The notes under the pieces were generated by a model that saw only the letters and a program-made list of their open reading frames with translations, made no database searches and had not been told where the DNA came from. From Candidatus Nomurabacteria bacterium (lineage in GTDB: Bacteria > Patescibacteriota > Minisyncoccia > Phycocordibacterales > UBA918), in the NCBI GenBank assembly GCA_023898565.1, contig CP060228.1, positions 840,930 through 904,929 on the forward strand: DNA of 64,000 nucleotides. Reading direction: 5' to 3'. Positions 8,547 to 18,030 of the stretch are shown here, piece after piece. Numbering within the stretch: position 1 is the stretch's first letter; each line of letters opens with the position of its first letter. The translations under genes and the position numbers were made by a program.

Positions 8547-9245
8547 CTAACCAAACAATGTCCGTAGTTTCCTATACGTGTCGTGATGATCTTCGACCAA
8601 GACTGTCTCAATCACGCCAATGACTGCTTCATCATTGCCGCCGGGGAAAAGTCCATCACCAAAGTAGATACACTCGTCCTTGCTCCAATTCATTAGATCA
8701 ATAAGCTTTTGGACATTGGTACCCTTGTGTCTATCTTTATGAATATAATCAAAGCTAGTAGAGCCACCGATTTTCACCACCAACTCTTCTGATTCAAACG
8801 GCACAGCCGCCATAAGTGCCTCGCGCTTTACACGATTTGGGTCGTACGACATCTTAAGCTCAGCTGGAGCAGTATTACCAATCGGACTAAACGTAATTTG
8901 CGCACCACGGTCTTCAACCGGCGACCAGTCTGGATTGGGAGCCTCACCCAGCTCACCAAGGAGCGCATCGATGTGCGCAAGAATCTCAGCACGATGCGTT
9001 TCATCAAGCGGAATATTCCACAATTCTTCATCAGCCACGTCAGTGGCATGATTTCCATTTTGGCCCAGTGTATACGCCGGCAAACCATTACTTTGCCAGC
9101 CGATCTTCGGCACCTCTTGTCCAGATACAATGATAATATCCTGCGGCAACTCATTCAGCAGCGTAAACATTTCTGGAAGAATAAGCTGACGAGCTGGCGC
9201 AATTGTCTGATCCATATCAAAGAAAAGGTGCTTGTAGGTTTTCAT
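8547..9245 (-). CDS. HAD-IIB hydrolase, eukaryotic-type phosphomannomutase-like
   Basis: DxDxT motif LFFDMDQTIAPARQ and ...IIIVSGQE align with the PMM N-terminus; KIGGSTSFD and IYFGDG blocks are also present. Confidence 0.55.
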   Translation of the reverse strand: MKTYKHLFFDMDQTIAPARQLILPEMFTLLNELPQDIIIVSGQEVPKIGWQSNGLPAYTLGQNGNHATDVADEELWNIPLDETHRAEILAHIDALLGELGEAPNPDWSPVEDRGAQITFSPIGNTAPAELKMSYDPNRVKREALMAAVPFESEELVVKIGGSTSFDYIHKDRHKGTNVQKLIDLMNWSKDECIYFGDGLFPGGNDEAVIGVIETVLVEDHHDTYRKLRTLFG

Positions 9246-9328
9246 GCCAGTAGCATAAAGGTATTTGAAGTCAGTGTAAATTCACAGACCAGGATAAGCT
9301 ATGCTCTAGTGTTTGATATCATAGAGTA

Positions 9329-9838
9329 ATGGAAACCTTTCTTTTGCTTACTACTATTCTCAAGACCTTTGCTATATCACTTGGTGTTGGCTCATCAACG
9401 CTCGCCATTACCAACTTCTTCGTCGCCATCGCTGACGGTGAAATAGACGAAACCGAGCGACGCATGATGGGCGTTGTGTATATTGTTCTACGCATTGCCA
9501 TGGTGCTTATTCTTACCACAGTGGCGCTCCTCGTCGGCACTGAATATAGTGCTGTAGGCATTGCCCATCTGTCGGCATATTCATTAGCCGAGCTCACCGT
9601 GCTTTTTGTGTTGTATCTAAACGCGCTCCTCATGAGCGCCCATTTAGTACCCACGACAGTTGGCCCAGCATTTCAAGCCGGAAGTTGGTACGCACTCGGC
9701 ACACTCACCGCACTCGCAGCGGCGTCACACGCTGGATTTACGTATGTTCAGTTTCTGGTGAGCTATGTTGCATGGGTTATTTTAGCTATCGGCATCGTGA
9801 ATTTCATCATGGCAATTTTGAAAGCAAAGCGGGGGTAG
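9329..9838 (+). CDS. Small integral membrane protein (4–5 TM), unknown function
   Basis: Hydrophobic segments only. Confidence 0.4.
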   Translation: METFLLLTTILKTFAISLGVGSSTLAITNFFVAIADGEIDETERRMMGVVYIVLRIAMVLILTTVALLVGTEYSAVGIAHLSAYSLAELTVLFVLYLNALLMSAHLVPTTVGPAFQAGSWYALGTLTALAAASHAGFTYVQFLVSYVAWVILAIGIVNFIMAILKAKRG

Positions 9839-9844
9839 TAAATA

Positions 9845-9882
9845 CAAAACGGGCGGCACCCTTTGGGTGCCGCCCATTTTGT
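9845..9882. terminator. Bidirectional terminator with a roughly 20-bp near-perfect palindrome
   Basis: TACAAAACGGGCGGCACCC-ttt-GGGTGCCGCCCATTTTGTA. Confidence 0.75.
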
Positions 9883-9887
9883 ATTTA

Positions 9888-12800
9888 CTATCGCTCAACC
9901 GTACCAGGCTTGCGCAAGTACAAGATTGGCACAAGGAGCAGAGTAATAATGACCGAGAAAATGAGTCCAAACATCACCGCGTACGCGAGTGGCGCCCACA
10001 TATCTCCCGCGTATGAAAGCGGGAAGATACCAATCACTGTCGTGATAGAAGTAAGGAGAATTGGCCGAATACGCTGACCAGCAGCATCCACTACCACTTC
10101 GGCAATATCACGTTCAGGCTGCTCAACTCGCAGTCGATTCATGATGTCGATGAGCAGAATTGAGTTGTTTACCACAATTCCTGAGAGCGCAATGAAGCCC
10201 ATAATTGAAGGGAAGGAAAGTGGATTTGCCGTGACCGCAAGACCAACCATAATACCGATGAGTGAGTACGGCAAAATCGAAAGTACGTAACGCATGTGTA
10301 GGTATGAATTGAACTGCAGCACCAAGATACCAACCATCAAAATCATTCCCACAATAAGCGCCATGAACATTTCTAAGAATGCCTTATTTGACTCTTCAGT
10401 CTCACCGCCACCAGTACTGATTTCTACTCCAGCAGGCACAGAAAGCTCAGTATTGATTTTCTCTAGAGCTGCCGCTTGTAGCTCGCGTGCATTTGCATCC
10501 TCAGCCACGTCAGCTTCTACACTTACCACACGCTTACTGTCTTCATGAGAGATAGCCGTGCTTGATTCACGAAGCGTCACATCTACCAAGCTCGAAAGCG
10601 GCACATTGCCATCACGAGTCGGAATGCTAATTTGCTCAAGCGCATTGATAGTTGTTATGTTGGCAGTATCTGCTGTCACCGCGTCGGAGTTATTTACATT
10701 AAGACGTACCGTCACATCAATATCCTCATCAAGTGTGGTGAGAGAGGTTGCGTCAGTGCCATACACGGCCGTACGAGCGATTTGCGATACCTCAAAGGCA
10801 CTCAGCCCTAGGGCAGCCGTCTTTGCACGGTCGAGATTTAGTACAAATTCAGTACTGTTGTTATTGGTACTTGTCTCTACATTTACCACACCATCAAGGC
10901 TTTTTAGGAGCTCGGCTGAGTCATTGGCGAGTGCAGTAATCTCATGCAAATCAGCACCAAGGTACTTAATCACAATCGCTGCACCAGTTGGCGGTCCGTC
11001 GCTAGGCTGCGCTACCGTAACATTAAGATCCTTGAGTACTGCAAATTTTGCACGAAGATCTTCAACCACTTCCGTACTGGTGCGCTCACGATCTTTACTC
11101 AAGTTCACAAAAATATTTGCAAACTTCTCACCAGTACCACCAGAACCAAACTCACTTCCACTACCGACAGTAACAGTAAATGAATCAATATCAGCTTCAC
11201 CATAGAGGAATTCCTCGATACGACGAATGCCGATATCAGTTACATCTTTCGTAGTGCCTTCAGGGTTTTCTAGTTCAACAATAATGTAATCAACATCACT
11301 CTGTTCAAAGAAAGTCACCTTAACTGGATTCCAAGCTGGAAGCACTGTACCAACAATCGTAAAGACAAGCACGATTGTCACGAGTGCGCTCGGGTACCAC
11401 ACAAGGCCGCGCTTCCAGTTTGCCCAGCCGCGCTTCAGCTGTACGTCACGAATCTTCATTGAGAGCACGTAGAGAAGTGGCGCCACCACTAGCCCTGCAA
11501 AGGCATTGATAGCCAGCGAAACAGCAAAGATAAGTGCCGCAAAAAGCGCCGCTAAGAACTGCTGCTGCTTATGCTCGCTATGGAGGTATGGACTCAAGTG
11601 AGCGCGGTACCAAGACTCAAGCTGGTGCGCAAACGCTACCTGCTTTTCTTCCAGCTTAGACGTATTCTTGCGGTGCAAGAATGAAGCAGCAAACAGTGGC
11701 AAAATGGCGAGTGACACAAAGAGAGAAGCAAAGAGCAAGAAAATGAGCGTAAATGGAATGCTTGAAATAAACTGCCCAATCACACCGCTCACGATAAAGA
11801 GTCCTGCGAACATCGCTACGGTTGTAAGGGTTCCAGAGATAAGCGGCGCCGCAAATTCATGAATCGCTTCAACCGCCGCCTGCTTTTTATCAATCGTCGG
11901 ATGATCCTTCATTTTGCGATTGATACCTTCAACCATCACAATTGCCGAGTCCACCAAAATACCAATACCGAGAATGAGTGAAAAGAGACTAAGGAAGTTG
12001 ATAGTATTGCCTGAGAAATACAACCCAATAAATCCGAAAAGGAACGAAAGTGGAATCGCTGCACCAGCCAAGAGTCCTTCACGCCAGCCGATTGCTAGTA
12101 CAAGCAAAAGCACTACCAGCACAATCGTCTGAAAGCCAGAAGAAGAGAGGCGCGTAAGGTCTTGCTTAATAAGGTCACCTGAGTCGAGCACCGTCGCTGC
12201 CTCGATACCATCAAGCAGTTCACCTGGCTGTTCTAGCTCGTGAATACGCTCAAGCACCGTTGCTGTAAGTGTCGTAATATCACCACCTGACTGTTTGTAC
12301 ACATTCATGGTGATGGCGCTTTCAGACGGCTTACCAGCCACACTCAGGCGTGAAAGTGATGAAGCTGGCGTCAAACCATCTTCTACAATCGCCACATCAC
12401 GCACATACACCGGCTGACCACCGCGCGCTGCGATGCTGATATCTTTAATATACGAGCTGTCTGGAATATCGCCCTCAAACGCAACGTTATACGAAATCCC
12501 ATCATTTACAATCTGCCCAATCGGGAAGGTGAGATTGGCATTTCGAATCCCAGCCACTACTTCATTCAAAGTGAGGTCGTAGCGAGCAAGCGCAGTTTGG
12601 TCGACAATTACCGATACTTCTCGATCACGAACGCCCGCAAACTCAACGCGAGACACACCCGAAATTGACTCGATTTGAATCTCAATATCCTTAGCAAGTT
12701 GTGTAAAGTCAAAATCAGTGAGCTCACCTGAAAGCGACACCGTAAGAATCGGTTGATCAACAAAGTTTACCTCCGACACGTTTGGATCATTAGCATCATC

Positions 12801-13154
12801 AGGCAGGTCGTTCTTAATCACATCAACCTTATCTTTTAGGTCTTGAATCGAAGCATCGAGGTCTGCATCAGCCTCAAATTCCACTACCACTGAAGAAAAG
12901 CTCTCACGTGAAGTAGACGTAATTTTCTTTACATTTTCTAGGCTGGTTAGGCCACGCTCGATCTCATTGGTTACAAGTGACTCTACATCAGCCGCTGGAG
13001 CACCGGGAAAGCCTACACTTACCACTCCAACCGGAATGACCACTTCTGGTGCAGATTCTTTTGGAATACTAACGATACTAAACGTACCTACTGCCATCAG
13101 TGCGACAAGAAAGAGATACGCAAATTTATCGTTTCTAATGAAAAAATCCCACAT
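9888..13154 (-). CDS. RND efflux transporter, permease subunit (AcrB/HAE1-like, 12 TM, two large periplasmic loops)
   Basis: 1088 aa. N-terminus MWDFFIRNDKFAYLFLVALMAVG... plus AcrB-like organisation throughout. Confidence 0.85.
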   Translation of the reverse strand: MWDFFIRNDKFAYLFLVALMAVGTFSIVSIPKESAPEVVIPVGVVSVGFPGAPAADVESLVTNEIERGLTSLENVKKITSTSRESFSSVVVEFEADADLDASIQDLKDKVDVIKNDLPDDANDPNVSEVNFVDQPILTVSLSGELTDFDFTQLAKDIEIQIESISGVSRVEFAGVRDREVSVIVDQTALARYDLTLNEVVAGIRNANLTFPIGQIVNDGISYNVAFEGDIPDSSYIKDISIAARGGQPVYVRDVAIVEDGLTPASSLSRLSVAGKPSESAITMNVYKQSGGDITTLTATVLERIHELEQPGELLDGIEAATVLDSGDLIKQDLTRLSSSGFQTIVLVVLLLVLAIGWREGLLAGAAIPLSFLFGFIGLYFSGNTINFLSLFSLILGIGILVDSAIVMVEGINRKMKDHPTIDKKQAAVEAIHEFAAPLISGTLTTVAMFAGLFIVSGVIGQFISSIPFTLIFLLFASLFVSLAILPLFAASFLHRKNTSKLEEKQVAFAHQLESWYRAHLSPYLHSEHKQQQFLAALFAALIFAVSLAINAFAGLVVAPLLYVLSMKIRDVQLKRGWANWKRGLVWYPSALVTIVLVFTIVGTVLPAWNPVKVTFFEQSDVDYIIVELENPEGTTKDVTDIGIRRIEEFLYGEADIDSFTVTVGSGSEFGSGGTGEKFANIFVNLSKDRERTSTEVVEDLRAKFAVLKDLNVTVAQPSDGPPTGAAIVIKYLGADLHEITALANDSAELLKSLDGVVNVETSTNNNSTEFVLNLDRAKTAALGLSAFEVSQIARTAVYGTDATSLTTLDEDIDVTVRLNVNNSDAVTADTANITTINALEQISIPTRDGNVPLSSLVDVTLRESSTAISHEDSKRVVSVEADVAEDANARELQAAALEKINTELSVPAGVEISTGGGETEESNKAFLEMFMALIVGMILMVGILVLQFNSYLHMRYVLSILPYSLIGIMVGLAVTANPLSFPSIMGFIALSGIVVNNSILLIDIMNRLRVEQPERDIAEVVVDAAGQRIRPILLTSITTVIGIFPLSYAGDMWAPLAYAVMFGLIFSVIITLLLVPILYLRKPGTVER

Positions 13155-13156
13155 AG

Positions 13157-14740
13157 CTAGTTTGTGATTTCTACTTCAATATCAGCCTTGAGTCCACGCG
13201 CATCCTTAACAAACGCGTCAGTAGCCGCCAGACCATTGGTAATCTCTACAGAACCTCCGCGAACAATACCAAGCATAACGGGACGTTCTACCAAGCGACC
13301 ATCCTCAACCACAAAAACAAATCCATCAGCGATATCAAACTTCACTGCTGAAAGTGGCACAATGATTGTTTTGGTAGCAGCTTGCGCTTTTGAAGCCTGC
13401 TTTGTCACGCGAACGGTATCACCGTTTACAATGTCAGTATTTTCAGTAGCAATACGCACTTCTGTTTTACCAGTGTTTGCGTTCACCGCTGGCGAGATAT
13501 GTGTCACCACGCCAGTGTAGGCACCTTCTACCAACACCTCGTCGCCTTCAGCGATCAGTGAACGTTCTGAGTCACTTACATAGGTCACAATTTCAAGCGC
13601 ATTATTATTAGCCACAATTGCCACTGGCACGAATGAATTGATAAAGTCACCCTGGCGGATTGAGAGAGAATTAACCGTACCGCTAATTGGTGTGCGGAAA
13701 ATAGTCTTTGAGAGGTTTGCTTGCGCGGCACGTAGCGCACCAAGCGCCTGCTTTACCTGCGCGTCTGCAGCAGAAGTAGTACCACCTTGCGCAGCTAGTT
13801 CAGCACGGCGCACACCATCCTTCGCAGATTGAAGAGAAGTTAGGGCAGCATTAATGTTTGACTCAACCCCAATGAGATTAGCGCGGAGCGCTGTAAATGA
13901 CGTTACGAAACCTTGTAGTTCAGCATCGCTATACCGACTTCCGTTATCCTGGTTCGCAAATAGCGTTAAGAATGAGTCTACAAAAGCTGTCGTACGCTGT
14001 ACTTGTGTCTTTGCGTATGCCAATTCAGCTTCGAGATTTGCAGTGATAGAAATAGTATTTGATTTTGCCTGCCATTCTGGCAAGAGAGTTTGGTACGCTA
14101 CACGCTCAGCATTGAGAGACGTAGTCATGCCTTTACCATCAATACGCAACCCTGGCACACGTGCATCTGGATCGCTGAAGAACGTATCAATATTGTTTCG
14201 CACGATGCCGTTGGTTGTGTTGTATGAAGACTGGAAGGTAGCTACAGCGTTATTTTGTGCACTCACCAGACCATTTTTCGCTTCATCAACTCCCACACCA
14301 CTTTGAGCCGCAGCAGCTACTGCAGCGTCATAGACACCTTCAGCTTGAAGGACAGATGCGCGCTCAGCGGCATTTTCTAAACTACCAATCACCTGACCAG
14401 CCGATACCCACTGACCAAGCGAAACGTTTACACCGACCACACGACCAGACTTTTCAGAAGTAATTTCAGCTTCAGAAAAAGCACGCACGGTTCCAATAAG
14501 TGAGAGCGACTGACCTCCAGAGTATTCAAGCGGAGTAGTGAGCGATACTTGTGGTTTAGAATTAGAAGTCACCGCTTCATCAGCTGATTTTCCTCCGAAT
14601 AACACTACAAGCAGTGCAATTACTACGACAGCAATGAGCACCTGACGTGCGCGCTTCAGCTTCAGTTTTACCTTCAAATCATTAATAACTTTCATATACA
14701 CTGTTAGTTTACTATTTATACTGCAAAATAATTGCGCCAC
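13157..14740 (-). CDS. RND efflux periplasmic adaptor (membrane-fusion protein, HlyD/AcrA-like); probable true start at Met 14695
   Basis: Single N-terminal TM, then coiled-coil, lipoyl and beta-barrel like MFPs. Immediately upstream of the RND permease on the same strand. Confidence 0.75.
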   Translation of the reverse strand: MAQLFCSINSKLTVYMKVINDLKVKLKLKRARQVLIAVVVIALLVVLFGGKSADEAVTSNSKPQVSLTTPLEYSGGQSLSLIGTVRAFSEAEITSEKSGRVVGVNVSLGQWVSAGQVIGSLENAAERASVLQAEGVYDAAVAAAAQSGVGVDEAKNGLVSAQNNAVATFQSSYNTTNGIVRNNIDTFFSDPDARVPGLRIDGKGMTTSLNAERVAYQTLLPEWQAKSNTISITANLEAELAYAKTQVQRTTAFVDSFLTLFANQDNGSRYSDAELQGFVTSFTALRANLIGVESNINAALTSLQSAKDGVRRAELAAQGGTTSAADAQVKQALGALRAAQANLSKTIFRTPISGTVNSLSIRQGDFINSFVPVAIVANNNALEIVTYVSDSERSLIAEGDEVLVEGAYTGVVTHISPAVNANTGKTEVRIATENTDIVNGDTVRVTKQASKAQAATKTIIVPLSAVKFDIADGFVFVVEDGRLVERPVMLGIVRGGSVEITNGLAATDAFVKDARGLKADIEVEITN

Positions 14741-14783
14741 AATACCATATTTCAGTCAATTTGTCCATAGTTTACCGAGGCTT

Positions 14784-14808
14784 TTGAGAGTGAAACGTAT
14801 GGTACAAT
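14784..14808 (+). promoter_or_regulatory. Putative sigma70-like promoter (TTGAGA, then extended -10 TGgTACAAT) giving a leaderless or near-leaderless transcript for the 14818 ORF
   Basis: TTGAGA at 14784–14789, TACAAT at 14803–14808, ATG at 14818. Spacer is short at 13 nt, but a TGn extended -10 is present. Confidence 0.35.
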
Positions 14809-14817
14809 CTGCCGCAT

Positions 14818-15132
14818 ATGTTTGGAAAAATGAAGCAATTCGCGATGAAGAAAGTTCTTCAGTCGCAAATGAAAAACGTCCCTGAGGATCAGCAGCAGAT
14901 GATTATGGAGATGCTTGAGAAAGACCCGGCTCTCTTTGAAAAAATTGCTAAAGAAATGCAGGAAGAGCTTAAAAATAATGGTAACAACCAGATGGCCGCC
15001 GCCGCCAAGGTGCTTCCTAAATACCAGCAGCAAATAATGGCCATCATGAGCCCAGAAATGAAAGAAAAGCTCATGAAAATGCACATGGGCGCGCAAGGGC
15101 AATTTAACGCTGACGGAAGCTTCCGGCAGTAA
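14818..15132 (+). CDS. Hypothetical Met/Gln/Lys-rich low-complexity protein (104 aa)
   Basis: This ORF is followed by a perfect 10-bp GC hairpin terminator. The overlapping minus-strand ORF 14752..15261 was judged less likely. Confidence 0.4.
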   Translation: MFGKMKQFAMKKVLQSQMKNVPEDQQQMIMEMLEKDPALFEKIAKEMQEELKNNGNNQMAAAAKVLPKYQQQIMAIMSPEMKEKLMKMHMGAQGQFNADGSFRQ

Positions 15133-15152
15133 CTTGAGGTGCATAATCAACA

Positions 15153-15180
15153 GGGCGCGAGCTTCGCTCGCGCCCTTTGG
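15153..15180 (+). terminator. Intrinsic terminator
   Basis: GGGCGCGAGC-ttcg-GCTCGCGCCCTTTGG. Confidence 0.6.
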
Positions 15181-15187
15181 CGTTACA

Positions 15188-15778
15188 ATGGAGCGTATGG
15201 AACCTAAAAAAATCGTTATTATTTGCGGGCACCCGGACGCAGACACTTTCACTGGCGCCATGCTCGAAAGCTACCAAGGGGGAGCTGAAGCGGTTGGTCA
15301 TCAAGTCCACCGTTTCAATCTCGGCGAGCTACAATTCGACCCCATTCTCCACAAGGGCTATAAGGAGATTCAGCATCTTGAGCCAGACTTGCTCATGCTG
15401 CAAGACGCTATTCGCGAATGCGACCATGTCGTAATTGGCTACCCAAACTGGTGGTGTACCATGCCAGCTCTTCTTAAAGGCTTGTTTGACCGTTTTTGGT
15501 TACCTGGTTTTGCGTTCAATTTTAATAAGGAAACAAAGAAAATTGAACAACATCTTAAAGGCAAAACAGCTCGTGTTTTCATTCTCTCTGGCTCACACAG
15601 CCCATTTAAGACTTGGTGGCAGTTTGGTGATTACACCAACGAAATTCAGTACGGCATCCTTGAGTTTGCCGGCATCAAGACTGAAGTTAGTGCCTTTGGG
15701 CCATGTGAAAAGGTAGACGATACCGTTCGTCAAAAATGGCAGAAAACTGCAGAAAACCTCGGCAGGAGAGCGGTGTAA
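15188..15778 (+). CDS. Flavodoxin-like fold NAD(P)H-dependent oxidoreductase (NQO/KefF/GSP14-like)
   Basis: KIVIICGHPDADTF...; the start is set at the ATG after the terminator rather than the ORF-track start. Confidence 0.65.
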   Translation: MERMEPKKIVIICGHPDADTFTGAMLESYQGGAEAVGHQVHRFNLGELQFDPILHKGYKEIQHLEPDLLMLQDAIRECDHVVIGYPNWWCTMPALLKGLFDRFWLPGFAFNFNKETKKIEQHLKGKTARVFILSGSHSPFKTWWQFGDYTNEIQYGILEFAGIKTEVSAFGPCEKVDDTVRQKWQKTAENLGRRAV

Positions 15779-15881
15779 ACCGTTGACAAATATACTTTTT
15801 CATGTATAATAGCAAACAGTATAGTAGTTTGCTCATTTTTGAGTGAGCACTCACAAATCATATTTTGAGGAGGCACGAATC

Positions 15882-16208
15882 ATGAATCCGATTCTGCGTA
15901 TTTTTCTTTTGCTCGTTGCAGGCACCCTGCTGACAGGCTGTCTGTCTCGCCAAGAATTGATTCGTCAAAACATTGACGAATCAAACCGTGTACACAAAAT
16001 GTCAGTCGATAGCGCAGTAAACACCATTACTTGCCCAGAGCTGACAACCAGAACAGTAAAAGAGCGGATTACCGTTGACGCTGAGGCTGAGTCAAACTAC
16101 GGCTTTGGTGATCGCCGAAATCGTCATGGAACATACGACGAGTATGATTACCATTCTGGCGCAAGAACAAGGATCAGACTGTCATGCGAACGTACACCCA
16201 AGCAATAG
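15882..16208 (+). CDS. Small lipoprotein (lipobox LLTGC)
   Basis: RBS GAGGAGG 8 nt upstream of ATG 15882; signal peptide plus Cys. Confidence 0.55.
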   Translation: MNPILRIFLLLVAGTLLTGCLSRQELIRQNIDESNRVHKMSVDSAVNTITCPELTTRTVKERITVDAEAESNYGFGDRRNRHGTYDEYDYHSGARTRIRLSCERTPKQ

Positions 16209-16462
16209 CAGCAGTGTGCGCATGCATGCTGCTCGCAGGATGCCTTCGACACACCAGCGGGTTCGTCAAAGTGACGAGCCCATACGCTGGCTTCAACGAA
16301 GCGGTCATTAATACACGGCTAAACACCATGCCAAAACTGAACTGTCCGCAGGTTGACGCAAAAGCATCGCTTAAAATCGATGGCACAGTTACATCAAAAG
16401 CCAGCATTGACCATCGCGGCATACTGGCTCAAGAGGTATCAGTTCAAACCTCCTGCAAATAA
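16184..16462 (+). CDS. Small lipoprotein (lipobox LLAGC), overlapping the previous ORF by 25 nt
   Basis: Signal peptide MRTYTQAIAAVCACMLLAGC. Confidence 0.5.
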   Translation: MRTYTQAIAAVCACMLLAGCLRHTSGFVKVTSPYAGFNEAVINTRLNTMPKLNCPQVDAKASLKIDGTVTSKASIDHRGILAQEVSVQTSCK

Positions 16463-16503
16463 AACAGCGCCTTTGTACCAGTGGTACAAAGGCGCTTTTA
16501 ATT
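16463..16503. terminator. Bidirectional terminator, 15-bp perfect palindrome
   Basis: AGCGCCTTTGTACCA-g-TGGTACAAAGGCGCTTTTAATT. Confidence 0.75.
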
Positions 16504-16513
16504 ATGGTCATGT

Positions 16514-17047
16514 TCATGCCGACAACCTTGGCGATTCCGCATCCCGCGTGAAGGATCGCAAGACGTCACGCATGTCTACCTCTGGCAATCTGAGCCATTT
16601 AAGACCAGCTCTGCGTGCATCTGCTGTCACTTCAGGCAGCCTAAGCAGGTGTCGATTAATCCGTTCGGTGACGAGCGGAAACGAAACGGCCGTAAACTCG
16701 TTGCCAAGCGCCCGAACAATATCTGCACCTTGACAGAAAAGCCGGTAACGCACGTCATTGCGCTCTGCGCCCTGAAACAGCCTCGAGATGTAATAGAAAT
16801 GTACTATCAGTCTAGGCTGATTAGGGAAGCGCGACATTGCCATCATGCCGACAATGTCTTTTTTTTGATTCCGCACAACCGCCAGTATTCCGCGATGTCC
16901 CACAGCGTGTGATAGTCCCGCAAGATACGCGTGAACATTCTCCTTGTCAGCAGCCACAAAAGGTGAGCGTTTGAAGAGCGAGTCAGCAGCCAAGAAGTCG
17001 CCGATACACGGCGTTAACAACAAAGAATAGAACTCATACTGATTCAT
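16514..17047 (-). CDS. Hypothetical protein (177 aa), Arg/Ala-rich, GC-rich relative to surroundings; possible acyl-CoA N-acyltransferase-like fold
   Basis: No diagnostic motif; called on ORF length and strand context only. Confidence 0.35.
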   Translation of the reverse strand: MNQYEFYSLLLTPCIGDFLAADSLFKRSPFVAADKENVHAYLAGLSHAVGHRGILAVVRNQKKDIVGMMAMSRFPNQPRLIVHFYYISRLFQGAERNDVRYRLFCQGADIVRALGNEFTAVSFPLVTERINRHLLRLPEVTADARRAGLKWLRLPEVDMRDVLRSFTRDAESPRLSA

Positions 17048-17133
17048 CGGATTCTCCCGAAATTAGCGCCAGTGACAAACTATAGGTATTATTGCACAAT
17101 TTGCAAGTGTCACATGCTACTATGTAGTGGTTT

Positions 17134-17976
17134 ATGCAAAAATCCTTTCTTAGAGAGACCGCAGACATGCTCATGAAAGCAGCCGTCGTGGTTTTCACCA
17201 TCATCGTTGTTATTGGTGCAATTTCTAGCCTATACGAAGCTGAAACAGGCGTTAGTGACGGCACCTGCAATGTCGCCGTTTTGCCAATTGAAGGCGCTAT
17301 TTTACCTTTTTACGGACTCGGTGAATTCGACATGGTTACCACGCCAGAAATGGTAGAGTCGTTTATGAGAGCAGTTGAAGAAGAAAGTGAGATAGAGGGG
17401 GTTTTGGTCGAGATTAACTCCCCTGGGGGTACTCCCGTTGCCTCAGAACGTATTGCCACCCGCTTCAGAGACACTTACCTGCCGGTTGTCGGCCTGATTG
17501 GTGATATCGGAGCATCTGGCGGATACATGATTGCCGCTGCCACTGACTACCTTATTGCATCACCAATGTCAGACGTCGGCAGTATCGGTGTAAACATGTC
17601 GTACGTCGAGGAATCAGAAAAAAATAAGGAGGAAGGGCTAACGTACGTACAGCTCACTACCGGAAAATTTAAAGACGTTGGCAGCCCCAACCGCCCAATC
17701 ACCGACGAAGAACGTAATCTTTTACTTTCAGATCTTCAGATTGTCCATGACAAGTTTGTAGATCTCGTTGCCGATTACCGCCAATTACCACGCGACCAGG
17801 TGGCGCTCATCGCTGATGGCGCATCAATGCCAGGCACACGCGCACTAGAAAATGGCCTTGTCGACGAGCTCGGAAGCCGCAAGGAGGCACGCGCAGCATT
17901 CACTAAAATACTCGAGAAAGAACGTGCTGAGGATATTGTTTTCTGTGAGTACGATAGTGGTTTCTTGCCGTTTTAG
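17134..17976 (+). CDS. sppA: Signal peptide peptidase SppA (peptidase family S49), 36K type
   Basis: N-terminal TM; GVLVEINSPGGTPVASERIA and the ...GASGGYMIA serine-nucleophile region. Confidence 0.75.
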   Translation: MQKSFLRETADMLMKAAVVVFTIIVVIGAISSLYEAETGVSDGTCNVAVLPIEGAILPFYGLGEFDMVTTPEMVESFMRAVEEESEIEGVLVEINSPGGTPVASERIATRFRDTYLPVVGLIGDIGASGGYMIAAATDYLIASPMSDVGSIGVNMSYVEESEKNKEEGLTYVQLTTGKFKDVGSPNRPITDEERNLLLSDLQIVHDKFVDLVADYRQLPRDQVALIADGASMPGTRALENGLVDELGSRKEARAAFTKILEKERAEDIVFCEYDSGFLPF

Positions 17977-18030
17977 GATGTACAGCAATAAAAATTCTGT
18001 TATAGTGCGCGCACTAAGATTGTAAATACT

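Noticed and set aside
10294-13167. Multiple plus-strand ORFs (84–215 aa, Ser/Thr/Ala-rich) inside the RND permease and adaptor genes
   Set aside because: They are antisense to a confidently identified 1088-aa AcrB-like gene and have low-complexity composition. They are shadow ORFs.
14752-15261. 169-aa minus-strand ORF overlapping 14818..15132
   Set aside because: It is His/Leu-rich and low complexity, and it runs through the strong hairpin terminator at 15153–15180 and into the next gene's start. The plus-strand ORF with promoter and terminator is the better model.
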